Of a stretch of DNA of 64,000 nucleotides, positions 1 to 10,200 are shown piece by piece. Position 1 is the first letter of the stretch. Every line of letters begins with the position of its first letter. Under the pieces are notes generated by a model that was not told the DNA's origin, did no database searches, and was given only the letters and a program-made list of their open reading frames with translations. Source of the DNA: a virus; IMG/VR virus record IMGVR_UViG_3300005096_000058, positions 46,148 through 110,147 of that record; one strand, given 5' to 3'. The position numbers were made by a program, and so were the translations under genes.

Positions 1-403
1 GAGCGCCCCCACCAGGTTTGATGTCGGCGTTGCGTGCGACATGGGCAGCTCGCGCCTGGTTGAGTTGATCGACATTGAAATTGTAGCCGTTCGCGTTCGC
101 GACGGTCTTCAGGAGCTCGGAGAAGGTTTGGCACACCTCGCACTGCGCTTGCAGGGCTGGCTGGGCTGCCACCAACTGCACAAACGCTTTGGCGCTTGAG
201 ATCGAGGGTTTGGGGACGGTGGGGGTGCCCCGACGCGTGGCCTTCGTCTGGATGACATCTTCGGTCCAGCCACAAGCTAAAGCCTTGTTGGCATTGACCT
301 CGTCCTCAACGTCGATACACAAGTCAGCTCCGACTGCGTACGACGTGCCGTTGATGTCGATGGATTTACCCTTCAAGTGCGCGGAGCGTGTCTGGAGCAG
401 CAT
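1..403 (-). CDS. hypothetical protein (runs off window) with Nif11-leader-like helical segment
   Basis: Not in ORF track; manual translation from ATG at 403 (AAGGA RBS upstream) gives MLLQTRSAHLKGK...SISSAKAFVQLVAAQPALQAQCEVCQTFSELLKTVANANGYNFNVDQL..., open to position 1. Confidence 0.7.
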   Translation of the reverse strand, partial: MLLQTRSAHLKGKSIDINGTSYAVGADLCIDVEDEVNANKALACGWTEDVIQTKATRRGTPTVPKPSISSAKAFVQLVAAQPALQAQCEVCQTFSELLKTVANANGYNFNVDQLNQARAAHVARNADIKPGGGA

Positions 404-441
404 CTGATTTCTTCCTTGTTTCGGGGGAAACGATCGGCCCC

Positions 442-487
442 AAAAGAAGAAGGGGCGCGCGACCATCATAAGTCGTACACCCCTTCT
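442..487 (-). terminator. Rho-independent terminator after major capsid gene
   Basis: Minus-strand stem AGAAGGGGUGUACGAC / GUCGCGCGCCCCUUCU (with G-U pairs) followed by CUUUU. Confidence 0.7.
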
Positions 488-522
488 ATTCCAGACACCC
501 GGTCCCCGCTAGGGGTTAGGCG

Positions 523-1959
523 TTAGGGCTGCCCTTTGAAGTTGGGAGCGCGGCCGATGTTTTTGATCAGCACGGCTTTCCCGGGGGCGTAGAGCACCGG
601 CACGCCGTAGACCAACTGCATCCAACGGATGGACGTGTTGATCGTGGCCAACGGTACTTTGAGGAATGGCGCCAGCTGTTTCCAGCTGAGACATTCCAAG
701 TTTTGCTGCCAGAGGATCGCGATCGACGTGAACGGCAGACGATCGTTGAGATCCGTGACGGTGTGTTCACCGGCACCAGACGTGTTGGGGATGCGCGCGA
801 TGAGCCGTTGTTTGCCAACGGGGCCATCTTTGCGCGTGCGGTAGAGCTCGTACCACTTCACACCGATGGCAGACCCGGGGGTCACACCAAACGTCATGGA
901 GTCACCAGCGGCAACCGCGATGGCACCACCGCTGACCGCGACTGCGACACTGCGACCGGAATCGTTGTGCGCAGAAACGCTGTAGAAGTAGCTGCCCGCA
1001 TCGTCCGCTCCGAAGAGTGATCCGACGTCGACAGGGGTCGTGGCACCCGTGGAGATCGTCGGGGTGGCTGGCCGTAGCGCAGCATCACCCGCGGCGGTGG
1101 TCTTGGGGGCACCACCGTCGTTGACGAACACGTTGGGTTCGAATTTGACGTCACCAGCGGGGCTGGTGAAGCCAGACACGTCGAGGCCCACCATCCCATC
1201 TTTGCGCTTGTCCAGAAGGTCATAACGGCCTTTCGGGAAGAAGCTTTTGATGAGGTCGGCTTTGATCTTCGGATTCAGATGCAGATGCGTCGGAATGCCG
1301 TAGTTGGGCTCATCGGAAATGGTCAGTGCGGCGTCGATGAGAATGTCCTCGTCGAGCGGCTGACCACGTTGGTCGATGATGTTGTCAGCCGGCGCATTGT
1401 CGGTGATCAACTTTTCATAGCCATCGAACTGGATGTTCGACAGCGAAGAGTCCGCATAGAACATCGCGCGCTCGACGATGCGGAGAAGCCACATCGTTCC
1501 GGCCACGGTTTCGTTCGCGATGACATTGCCGTGAGCCGGGCGAATCAAGCTCATGACATGGGACACGCTGCGTGTCGTTCCGAGGAACTTCACGGCGGCG
1601 TAGCGTCGGGCGTAGGTGGAGTCGTCTTCGGTCGGCAACGCCCCTTCCGAAATGAACCCTTCAAGACCCTCGCCGTAGCTCGAAATCTCATTGTGCTCTT
1701 CTACTGTGTTGTACGCAGCCAATTTTGGGATCGCTTTGAACAGCCGAATGTGCTCCATGCGGTAGGTGACGTTTTTCAACGTCTGCTCCAAGGACTCCAC
1801 GCGGAGCGGGAAGCCTTGCCCGGGCGCAGCACCGGGGTTGTTGATGTCGCCGCCCGCAGTGAGCGCCTTGTTGAGGTGGTCGAGGTCGGTCGAGGAGAAT
1901 TGCCCGTCGCCGAATCCGTCCACCCCGTCGTAATCTTTCCAGGAAACTTGGTTCATCAT
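523..1959 (-). CDS. major capsid protein (Herelleviridae/SPO1-like)
   Basis: 478 aa; LNKALTAG...LRVESLEQTL N-terminus, AAVKFLGTTRSVSHV, FDG motif and WxQLxP/VYGVPVL C-terminus; follows protease and scaffold genes; GAAGGAGG RBS. Confidence 0.92.
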   Translation of the reverse strand: MMNQVSWKDYDGVDGFGDGQFSSTDLDHLNKALTAGGDINNPGAAPGQGFPLRVESLEQTLKNVTYRMEHIRLFKAIPKLAAYNTVEEHNEISSYGEGLEGFISEGALPTEDDSTYARRYAAVKFLGTTRSVSHVMSLIRPAHGNVIANETVAGTMWLLRIVERAMFYADSSLSNIQFDGYEKLITDNAPADNIIDQRGQPLDEDILIDAALTISDEPNYGIPTHLHLNPKIKADLIKSFFPKGRYDLLDKRKDGMVGLDVSGFTSPAGDVKFEPNVFVNDGGAPKTTAAGDAALRPATPTISTGATTPVDVGSLFGADDAGSYFYSVSAHNDSGRSVAVAVSGGAIAVAAGDSMTFGVTPGSAIGVKWYELYRTRKDGPVGKQRLIARIPNTSGAGEHTVTDLNDRLPFTSIAILWQQNLECLSWKQLAPFLKVPLATINTSIRWMQLVYGVPVLYAPGKAVLIKNIGRAPNFKGQP

Positions 1960-2035
1960 TTTGATGTCCCTCCTTCAGGTTTTTTGTCTGGACAAAGGTT
2001 TTGAGCCCGTTAGGCCCGTGGGTGAAGCAGTTGGC

Positions 2036-2722
2036 TCAGGCCCGCTGCGGAGAAGCGCGTTGCACCTTGGCGACGTCCAGAACCTCTTTGGCGAGGCCCT
2101 TGGAAATCTCGTTGGTGATCTCGTACTTCGCGATGGCGGTGCTCATGTTCTCGCCGCTCTTCGCGAAGCCACTATTGTCTTCGGAGATCGTCTGCATGAT
2201 CTCCATGACCTGCGACTTCGAAAGCTTGTTGCCCTCAGCCGGTTGGCCCGCGAGACTTTTCTCAATCGGGGTAGCGGCGGGAGCGTTCACGCCGGCACTG
2301 CGAACAGGGCCAGCCGGTTGTCCAGACAGCGCGGCCACTTGGTCAGAAAGGCTCTTCACGAGCTCACCCATCTGAACCACGGAGGTGGCGAGCGCGACCC
2401 GGAACTGGTGCTCCGATCCTTCGCTTTTCTCGATGCGATTGGCGAGGGTGGCAAGCCCTGCGACGACCGCGCCGTGTTGCTCTTTGATGTACGGGCTGAC
2501 GTCGATGGATTTCACCATCGCGTCAGACTGCAGCGGGGCGGTGACATCAGCGGCGAGGCCGCCACCTCCGCCCAAGCTTTTCACGAGCTCGTCGCGTTCT
2601 TCGCCGGTGATGGTGCCTTCGTTGGCTTTGGCGAAAAGCAACTTCGATCGCGCAGCGGGATTGCTGGCTTCTGCTGCAGCCGTGAGGGCATCCAAGCCCG
2701 TCTGGAGTTGATTCTGGTCCAT
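2036..2722 (-). CDS. putative scaffold/head assembly protein
   Basis: Lies between prohead protease and capsid; helical; many hydrophobic-x-K-[AS] motifs. Confidence 0.6.
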   Translation of the reverse strand: MDQNQLQTGLDALTAAAEASNPAARSKLLFAKANEGTITGEERDELVKSLGGGGGLAADVTAPLQSDAMVKSIDVSPYIKEQHGAVVAGLATLANRIEKSEGSEHQFRVALATSVVQMGELVKSLSDQVAALSGQPAGPVRSAGVNAPAATPIEKSLAGQPAEGNKLSKSQVMEIMQTISEDNSGFAKSGENMSTAIAKYEITNEISKGLAKEVLDVAKVQRASPQRA

Positions 2723-2733
2723 GGTGGTTCTCC

Positions 2734-3576
2734 TTAGAGCATTCCCTGCTCTGCCAAGGTGGTGAGCACGCCGTAAGCGTGCTCGACGAAAGACGCGTCG
2801 GCTCCGGGGAACCGCGCGCGAATGGTGGTGATCGCTACGCTTTTGCTCAGCTGCTCATCCTGTGTGGCAGCGAGATCTTTCTTGTCGCGTTCCAATGACT
2901 GCGGGGACAGGATGCGACCTGCGCCCTCCCCCGTTGTGGGGCCCTGTGAGCTCGGATGCGTGCCTGCGGGTGCGGCGGCCCCGGTGGTAGCCGTCATGGC
3001 CTTGCTTGCCTCTTCAGCAGCTTCCTCGTCGCCCTCTTCCACGGCTACCAGGCTCTTGGCTAGACATTCCAGACGAGTGCCATAGCCGACCGGGCAATTG
3101 GTGATCGCGGTGTGCTTCACGACTGCTTCAGCGATCGTCTTGTTGTTAGGGCCGGTGCGGCGGACCACGTCGCCCTCAATTGAGAAGCCCAAGCGGCGCT
3201 CATTGCCGGCTTTGGCGAAAGCCAGTCCCAGGTCCCAGATGCGATTTGCGCGTGGGGTGTCGAGCATCCAGCCTTCAGCCCAGGTGCCGTTCGTGGAGGC
3301 GGTCGCGCCATCTGGGAGGCGATCGCCCTTCTGGAACCTCCGCACCTCTGTGGGGTAACCAAGCGGGCTGTCTGTATCTTTGCTGTGGTTGTCGTTGAAG
3401 AACCCAGTCTCCAAGAACGGCTTGAAATTGAGTCCCCTCTGGATCACCACCTCGCCTTGCTTGTCGAGAATGTTTGTGGAGATCACGCCCGCAATCCTCC
3501 TCCGTTGCCCACGCGCGCCGTCCGCCTTCTCAAAAAAGGACAGAGGGGCGAAGAACTTGAAGGGGTTGCTGCCCAC
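2734..3576 (-). CDS. prohead (capsid maturation) protease
   Basis: IAGVIST..LDKQGE, NDNH, LGFSIEG and HTAITNCPV motifs of HK97/SPO1-type prohead proteases; gene position. Confidence 0.88.
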   Translation of the reverse strand: MGSNPFKFFAPLSFFEKADGARGQRRRIAGVISTNILDKQGEVVIQRGLNFKPFLETGFFNDNHSKDTDSPLGYPTEVRRFQKGDRLPDGATASTNGTWAEGWMLDTPRANRIWDLGLAFAKAGNERRLGFSIEGDVVRRTGPNNKTIAEAVVKHTAITNCPVGYGTRLECLAKSLVAVEEGDEEAAEEASKAMTATTGAAAPAGTHPSSQGPTTGEGAGRILSPQSLERDKKDLAATQDEQLSKSVAITTIRARFPGADASFVEHAYGVLTTLAEQGML

Positions 3577-3595
3577 GTTTCGTCTCCAGAAATAG

Positions 3596-3644
3596 AAAAA
3601 GGCGAAGTCCAGACGAAGCAGACTGCTTCCTCCGTGACCTCGCC
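3596..3644 (-). terminator. long hairpin plus U-tract in leader of protease-capsid operon (terminator/attenuator)
   Basis: GGCGAGGUC..GAAGCAG/CUGCUUC..GACUUCGCC then UUUUU, just upstream of the protease GGAG RBS. Confidence 0.55.
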
Positions 3645-3742
3645 CCTACTCGAACCCTAAAAGCGGTTCCTAATCGGGCCTCACGCTGACGCGCTCGGTT
3701 GTGCTTCAGATTTATAGGTCCGTCTGGACTGAGTCAAGGAGC

Positions 3743-3943
3743 CTACTCGCGCACAACGTAGCGCTCGGGAGCCAATTCCACGCCCTCATCCAAGCTGATC
3801 GGGAGGGTGACCGTCTTCTTGCACCAATGGCAGGAGGCTTCCGCCTTGCCGTCTGGATCGAAACGCACGACGCCAGTGATGCGTAGGCGCGTTTCGTCGC
3901 CGCTCTTCTGCAGAAGGCGGCCTTTGCAATGCGGGCATCTCAA
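3743..3943 (-). CDS. small zinc-ribbon protein (Mu Com-like)
   Basis: CPHC...CHWC; probable TTG start overlapping the upstream stop (TTGA at 3940-3943). Confidence 0.55.
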   Translation of the reverse strand: MRCPHCKGRLLQKSGDETRLRITGVVRFDPDGKAEASCHWCKKTVTLPISLDEGVELAPERYVVRE

Positions 3944-4293
3944 AGGATGTCCTGGAAGAGCTTGCCCAGATTCGTCTGGATGTCCGCTTCGTTCTCGGGC
4001 TTTGGAAAGATGGAGGGACGCCACGCGGGCGACAAGATCTTGTAGTAGCGATCCATCGTCGGCCAAAGAAGCGTCACCAAGCCACCCGCCGCAGGGAGTC
4101 GCACAATGCCCTCCTCTTCGTCGTCGAGGAAGTCAGGATGCTCGTCGAGGATAGGTAGCGTGACCGCCCCGTTACCTGGGATGTTCCTCAGATAGATGTC
4201 GCCCTGAGAGAAAAAAGGACGGACGACGTCAGTTAAGCGTCGATGAGGATTTGGGCGGCCGTCGAGGGCTAAATAGAAATGGTCGTATTTCAT
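3940..4293 (-). CDS. hypothetical protein
   Basis: 117 aa; ATGA overlap with upstream gene. Confidence 0.65.
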   Translation of the reverse strand: MKYDHFYLALDGRPNPHRRLTDVVRPFFSQGDIYLRNIPGNGAVTLPILDEHPDFLDDEEEGIVRLPAAGGLVTLLWPTMDRYYKILSPAWRPSIFPKPENEADIQTNLGKLFQDIL

Positions 4294-7200
4294 GGGGCAG
4301 GCACCTTCAAGCCTTTGCAGGCCTTGTTGATGGAGGCGTTATTCTGCGTTGGGCTGGTGAAGAAGAAATCAGCGACGGGGATGTTGTTGATCTCAGTCTT
4401 CCCCGCTGACGTCAGCGTCTCAATCAATCCAGATCTGACTTGGTCGGAAGCACACCACACACCTGCAATGTCCTCGTGTGCGACACCATGCTCAAACAAG
4501 ACTTCATGGCTACTAGAATTCAAATTGAGTGTGTCAGGTTTTGACTTAGCCGGTGCTTGCGATCCGTAACCGTCGTGGTTGTGGGCCCAATAATCAGCCC
4601 GCTTCAGAATGCGAGGTCGATAGATATAGCGCACGGTAGAACCCGTATTGTAGCCATGCACACCGCTCGCCTGAGGACCACCTTTGCGTGCGATCCTCGT
4701 GAACACGCCTGCTGCGCCACCGGTATTCACGTCGGAGCCCGCCTGTGACGAGTAGGGTGCGGTGCCGGTTGTGTACCCCTGCTTCCGAGAGGGGACGCCA
4801 GTTTCTTGGAGCAGAAAGGCTGTGGCCGCACCGGGTGAATCGGCACCCGTGTGCACAAATTGCACGTCTTTGAGATCAGCATCGGTGATTTGATCAAATT
4901 CAACGGTGTGGGCGCCGCCCGCGCCCACCTTGATGCGGGCTGTGTCGACGTACTTGTCGAATCCAGATTTCTTGAGTTGGGAGTCGAGCCAAACTTCGTT
5001 GTCGTAGTTTTTCCGAGAAGCGCCCCAGTAACCCTTAGCCCCTAACGAGTTTCGCACAAGCTGCGATTTGATGAATAGCCGCTCAGCTTGTCCATCATGC
5101 GCGCTGGCAGCTAGCGCGGGCGCGATTCCCGCCAGCTGCAAGCCTTGTTGAAGTTCCGTTTGCACATCTTTTGACGCGGGGATACGCGCAACGAAGCGGT
5201 TCCGCATCGCCAACCCCCCATGGGCTTCAGGGGCTAGATCGCCGTTGTGCGCCACGCCTACGTAGGACCCCCCGTCCGTGAGCCCATCAAAACCAAACCA
5301 GCCCCCCTCAATGACGTTGTCTCCTTTTTTGTGGAGCCCAGTGTCCTCGTCATATACGTCGTACACCGCCCCACCAGCTTCATCCGTGGTGGAGGTGTAT
5401 TTGATCTTCCCTTTAGAAAGCTTGGATTTCTGCGGGTTGAAATTAAGCAGGTCGCCCGTGACCTCAAAGAAATCCTCGCCGTCTGGATTCGCAACACGGC
5501 GGACGCTGATCTGGCTGTTGATCCAGAGTCCCGCGCCGCCATGCCTAATCGTGTGACCCCAATGCCCCATCTTGATCGCATCGAGAGCACCGAGGTCAGC
5601 CTCGTTGTTGATGGCAAGCTCGCCTTGCTTCTGCGGCCCAAGAGCAAACGGGGGGGCCGACTGCGCAAAAGCAGGAGGCAGATCGGGAAGCTTGGGCGTA
5701 GTCACCGTCGTGGTTTCCACCGCGACGTCAAGGTCCGCTTTTGTCACGGTGAACACCGTGTTGGTGGCCACCATGGGCTCGCCGTGAACAGTGATGCTCT
5801 TGTCTGCAAGATATTGTTTGGCGGCTGCTTGCGCCTCGTTGGTAATCCCGCCGAATTTGATGACAATTTTATCACTGTCCGTGTCGTGCGGCTTGATCTT
5901 TTTAGGCTTCCCGAGGCCCTCTTCCGAAAACCCAGACACGAAATCAGCGACCACCTCATGTTTGACTGTTTTGGTGGTCACTTCCGTCTGCTCAAACGTG
6001 GTGCCCGCAGGGTAGTCAACGTTGTCTGGACCCTTGATCGTTTGCGTGCCTGGGAAGCGGTTGGCGAGTTCGTCCTTGCTCACGCCGAGCATGTCCCCAA
6101 GAGGAGAGGTTACGTCCGTCGACGGGGGCATACTTTGCCAGTTGGCCACCGCCTCTTTGAACTTCGCTGAATCCTTGCCGGCAATCAGGAAGTTACCTTC
6201 CCCATCGTCGTGCACGTGCAGCCCACCCTCGTAGCCCAGGCCAGCTAGCTTCTCCTGCAAGAAGGACAGGGTGAGGAGGTCCGAAGCCTTGTTGGATTGG
6301 GGGTGGGACTTCACCCAAGCTGCCCACGCCTTGGCCTTCTTCACTTTTTCAGAGTCAACACTTGGTTTTTTTACCGTCGGCGCGAGAGGTTTAGGTTTCT
6401 TCTTCTTTTTGACCGGGTCACCAGGCCACTGCACAGAAGCACCACCGGCCTCCTGAATCATCGAGGCCGCTTTTTTGGCGGTGAACCCCTCGCTGAGGGT
6501 GACGCCCTGTTTGTTCGTGACGCTGAACATGGGGTTCAACGCATTGGCTCCTGGACCGAGTGAGCTAAGCGTTTCCCCCCACTTGGTGTGTAGCTTCACG
6601 CCTGCCGGGAGGGCGTAAATCTTATCTATGACCGTCGTCAGTTTCAAATTGGAAGGAAGTGACTTCAGTTTCTTCTTGCCAGCGTCTGGACCCGGGGAAT
6701 CGAGGTCGGCATGGTCTACATACGGAGGCTGTGCAGCCGACTCAGCCACTGTGGTTTCGGCGGCGTACAGTTTGGAGGAAACGTCGGCGTCTGTGGGTAC
6801 GTCGGCCCACGCACCGCTGCTAGGCCCGGGCCCAAAGAATTCGACTTCCCAATCGAGCGCGTGGTCAGCTAGAAACGACGCTAGGGCCTCTGTAGGGGCC
6901 GCGCTCAAACCTTGTTTCGCATAACAATACAGTGAGTCATCTTCTAAATTAAATTCAGCCGCATATTTCTCTTGCACAGACGCGAGCGCGACGTACTCGG
7001 CTAGCGGTAGTTTGTCGACGACGACTTTGTTCTTCTGCTCCGGTGGGATGTCCTGCGGGTGAACGCCGATCGCTTCACCTGCGGTGGGCAAAGCCTTGTA
7101 CGTAGCAAACGAAACGTCTTGAGGGAAAGACGCATCAACGAGTTTGAATGCCGCCTTCACCTCGGCAATTGTCAGATTATAGATACCCATGAGATCTGCG

Positions 7201-10200
7201 AGCGCGTAATCCAATGCGAGAGCGGACGACGACGACTCAGCCCCATGGACAATCTTTCCATCCTCGTCGATCGCCACAAACTTCAGTGTCGGCGAAGCGT
7301 CTCCGTCCTCGCCGTACCCGGTCGCCGATGGGGTGATCCAGATCTTCTCACCGTGCAGCACCCCTTCGAGCCAAACACCCATCGGAGGCACCCACGACGC
7401 CCAATGCGGGGATTTCATCCCGAAAGTCTTGTTGGGCTTGCCCGGGACAGGTAATCCAGACAGCTTGGTGGCATTGCTCCAGACAACATCTTTGTCGGGG
7501 AAATCTGGCAGCGCTTCCTTTGTCGTGACCACGGTGGGTCCGATGTCCCCTGTGATGCTCGGGGTGGCTGGCTCCGGGTCAAGGTTGGGCGGACCTCCTG
7601 CGAGGAGCAGCTCCAAGGTGGTTGGATCTTTGGCCTCGACGGGTTGGCCGCCCTTGAGGTCGACGGACCACTCAACCGACTCAGAAGAGAGCCATTCCGC
7701 CGTGTAAACCATGTCCAGCTTGGGGTTCAGCCACTTACCTTGCGGGAAGTCTTTGTGGCTTATTTTCGTGAAGGTGTCTATTCCGTCGTTGATCTCAGCG
7801 TCAACGGGGAGCGCGTCTAGCTCAGCCACCGTGAGGGGCTTGGTCCCCGACGTGTCTGGAGATCCGGGCTGGTCCTCGATACTCAGCGCATGTTCGATCA
7901 TGTCGCTGACTGTGTAGCTGGCACCGCTGATGGTCTGGAAAGCTCCAGACAGCTGCTTCTTGTATTGGTAGCCCGCCACGTCCTTCAGCACCGTGCCAAA
8001 AACCAAAGCTTTAAGCTGTGCTGCGGTGGGCACCTTCGATCCCTGCCACGCGAGAGAACTCGGGGGTGGTGGCGGCTCACCGATTGAATTCACCTTCAGA
8101 CCACCAAAGCCCGAAGCGGCGTCCTCAGCAACGTCCGCACTCAACTCTGTGGCAGTGAGTGCTGTAGTCATCGACCCACCCATAGGCTTCCACCCGTCAG
8201 GGTGTTTGACCCAGCCCTCACCCTCAGGGTCAGAGTTGGGGAAGGGCTTAGCGACCGGGTCGCCATAACCCAGCACAGAGCCTATGGGGAGCTCGTCGAG
8301 CTCATCCGCGGTGGGACTCTTCCAACCATCCCAGCCAGGTTCTCCGGGTGGCTGTAGGGCTGCTTCCGCCGTGGTCGCGATGACGTTGGCGAACTCCATG
8401 AACTCGCCCGTCTTGGGCTTCACACCGAAGAACTTCCAGCCGCCTCCTGAAGCGATCTTCGTTTTGCCCGTCTTGGCTTTGTAATCGGCTTTGCCGAGAT
8501 AGCCCTTCTGGACGAGCCAAACGTGATCACTGGCCGCGCTCAGGCTTTTGTGTTTGGTGACGTCGTCGCCCTTTGGGGCCTTGATCGTGACCTCAAATCC
8601 CTCCTCCAAAACTTCCAGCTGCACCTTGAGTTCCCCGAGGTGATCAAAAGGCTTGGTGAGCTCGTGCTTATGACCAATAGGGAGGGGACCACCCTTCTTC
8701 GGGTATTTCACCTCTTTGGGCGTCTGGACTTTCTTAGCTGCGGGGGTCACTTCAGCTTGAGGCGCTGGACCTGCCGGGAGCGGCTTTGGCTTTGGTTGCT
8801 TGGCGGTTTGCGTCGCCTTGGCGGCAGCAACTACCGACGGGAGAGCGAGGACGGACTTCAAACTTTGGGATGCAGGGTGCGTTGACCCGAAGACCACGGG
8901 GACACCAGTTGAGGGCACTGTGACGTTTTTGAGCAGCGGGGCACCGCCTTCGGCGGCCTGATGGACGACCCAGATGTCGAACGTTCCATCCGCGCTGAGA
9001 ATTTTGATGACGCTGCCAGGCAGAGGGAGCGTTTTTGGCCAATCATGCGGGACGGATATTGCAGCATGCTCCATCGCGAACGTCAGGGCCGCTGGGGGAA
9101 TGAGCGTGGAGTCGGTGACGATCCCATCTTCAACCGCGGCCAGCATCTCGTGCAGCGTGATCTCTTTCTTCTCGGGGGCTAGGCCCAGCTCAGCCATGAG
9201 TTCGTCAGCGCTCATGCTCCCGATCGTTGGCTCCGATGTGGTGCCTGCGGCCTGGAACTCCCCTTCAAATTGCTTCAGCGCGAAAAGCTTGGTGGCCGGG
9301 TAGGCGATGCCTTTGGCTTTCTTTTCCGTCGAACCCATGTCTAGAGGCAAACCCTTGTTGAACAGCTGCGTGCTGTCCGCAGCCGCTGCGGGGGAGGGGT
9401 AGATCTTTGTGGTCCCGTTGGGGAAAAGCACTGCGATCGCAGGCTTCCCATCGACGGAATCAAAGCCAAACTCAAAAACGTTGCCCGCCATCTTAACCGC
9501 GGCCTGGTATCCGGGGCCGGGGTATTTGGTGGGCCAGCCGGGGGGATGCTCACCACCAGGGGCGTGCACAGTCACGTTCCCCTTGGTGACGGGCCAGCCG
9601 GGTGTCTGGACGAAGTCGACGATCTTCTCGGTCTTATCCTCGACGGGGGTGATCGCAGGCTCATCTGCGGCTGACGGGATCGTGACTTTGTCCCCCGTCA
9701 TCTCAGAGAGGAATGTCTCCCAGTTGCTGCGGAGATCTTTGAACCGCTTCTCAATCAGCGCCCATTTTTTCTTCGGCTCAAAGTCTTCCAGACCCTGCGC
9801 GGCGTCTTCCAGATAGGGGGCCACGATGCTGTGGTACTGCTCCACGGACAGGTTCTTCTCGATACTGAGCAACACCTCCGTGACAGCTTTGATGGGGTCG
9901 CCTTTGATTTCCCCGTTTTGGAAGAGCTTCCACATTGCATTGTACGCGGGAGAACTCGCGTTCAATTTATAGCTGGTGCTGAGCTTGTCTGCGCCGATCG
10001 CTTTGAACGCTTGGCCTTTATCAATAGCGGCGAGGTCACCACCGAGCGTCTCGACGAAGTTGGCCCCGTGGCTATCGTGGTTGGACATCATCCAATCCAG
10101 CACTTGGTGCTGCACTAGCCGCTCAAAATGTTTTTGAAGCTTGGCTTTAGTGGTCCCGTGATCACCACTGACCTCGTTGCCGATGGTACCTTTATTGTCG

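Noticed and set aside
3711-3737. TTGACT...TATAAA as a sigma70 promoter
   Set aside because: The 15-nt spacer and imperfect -10 make it too weak to call.
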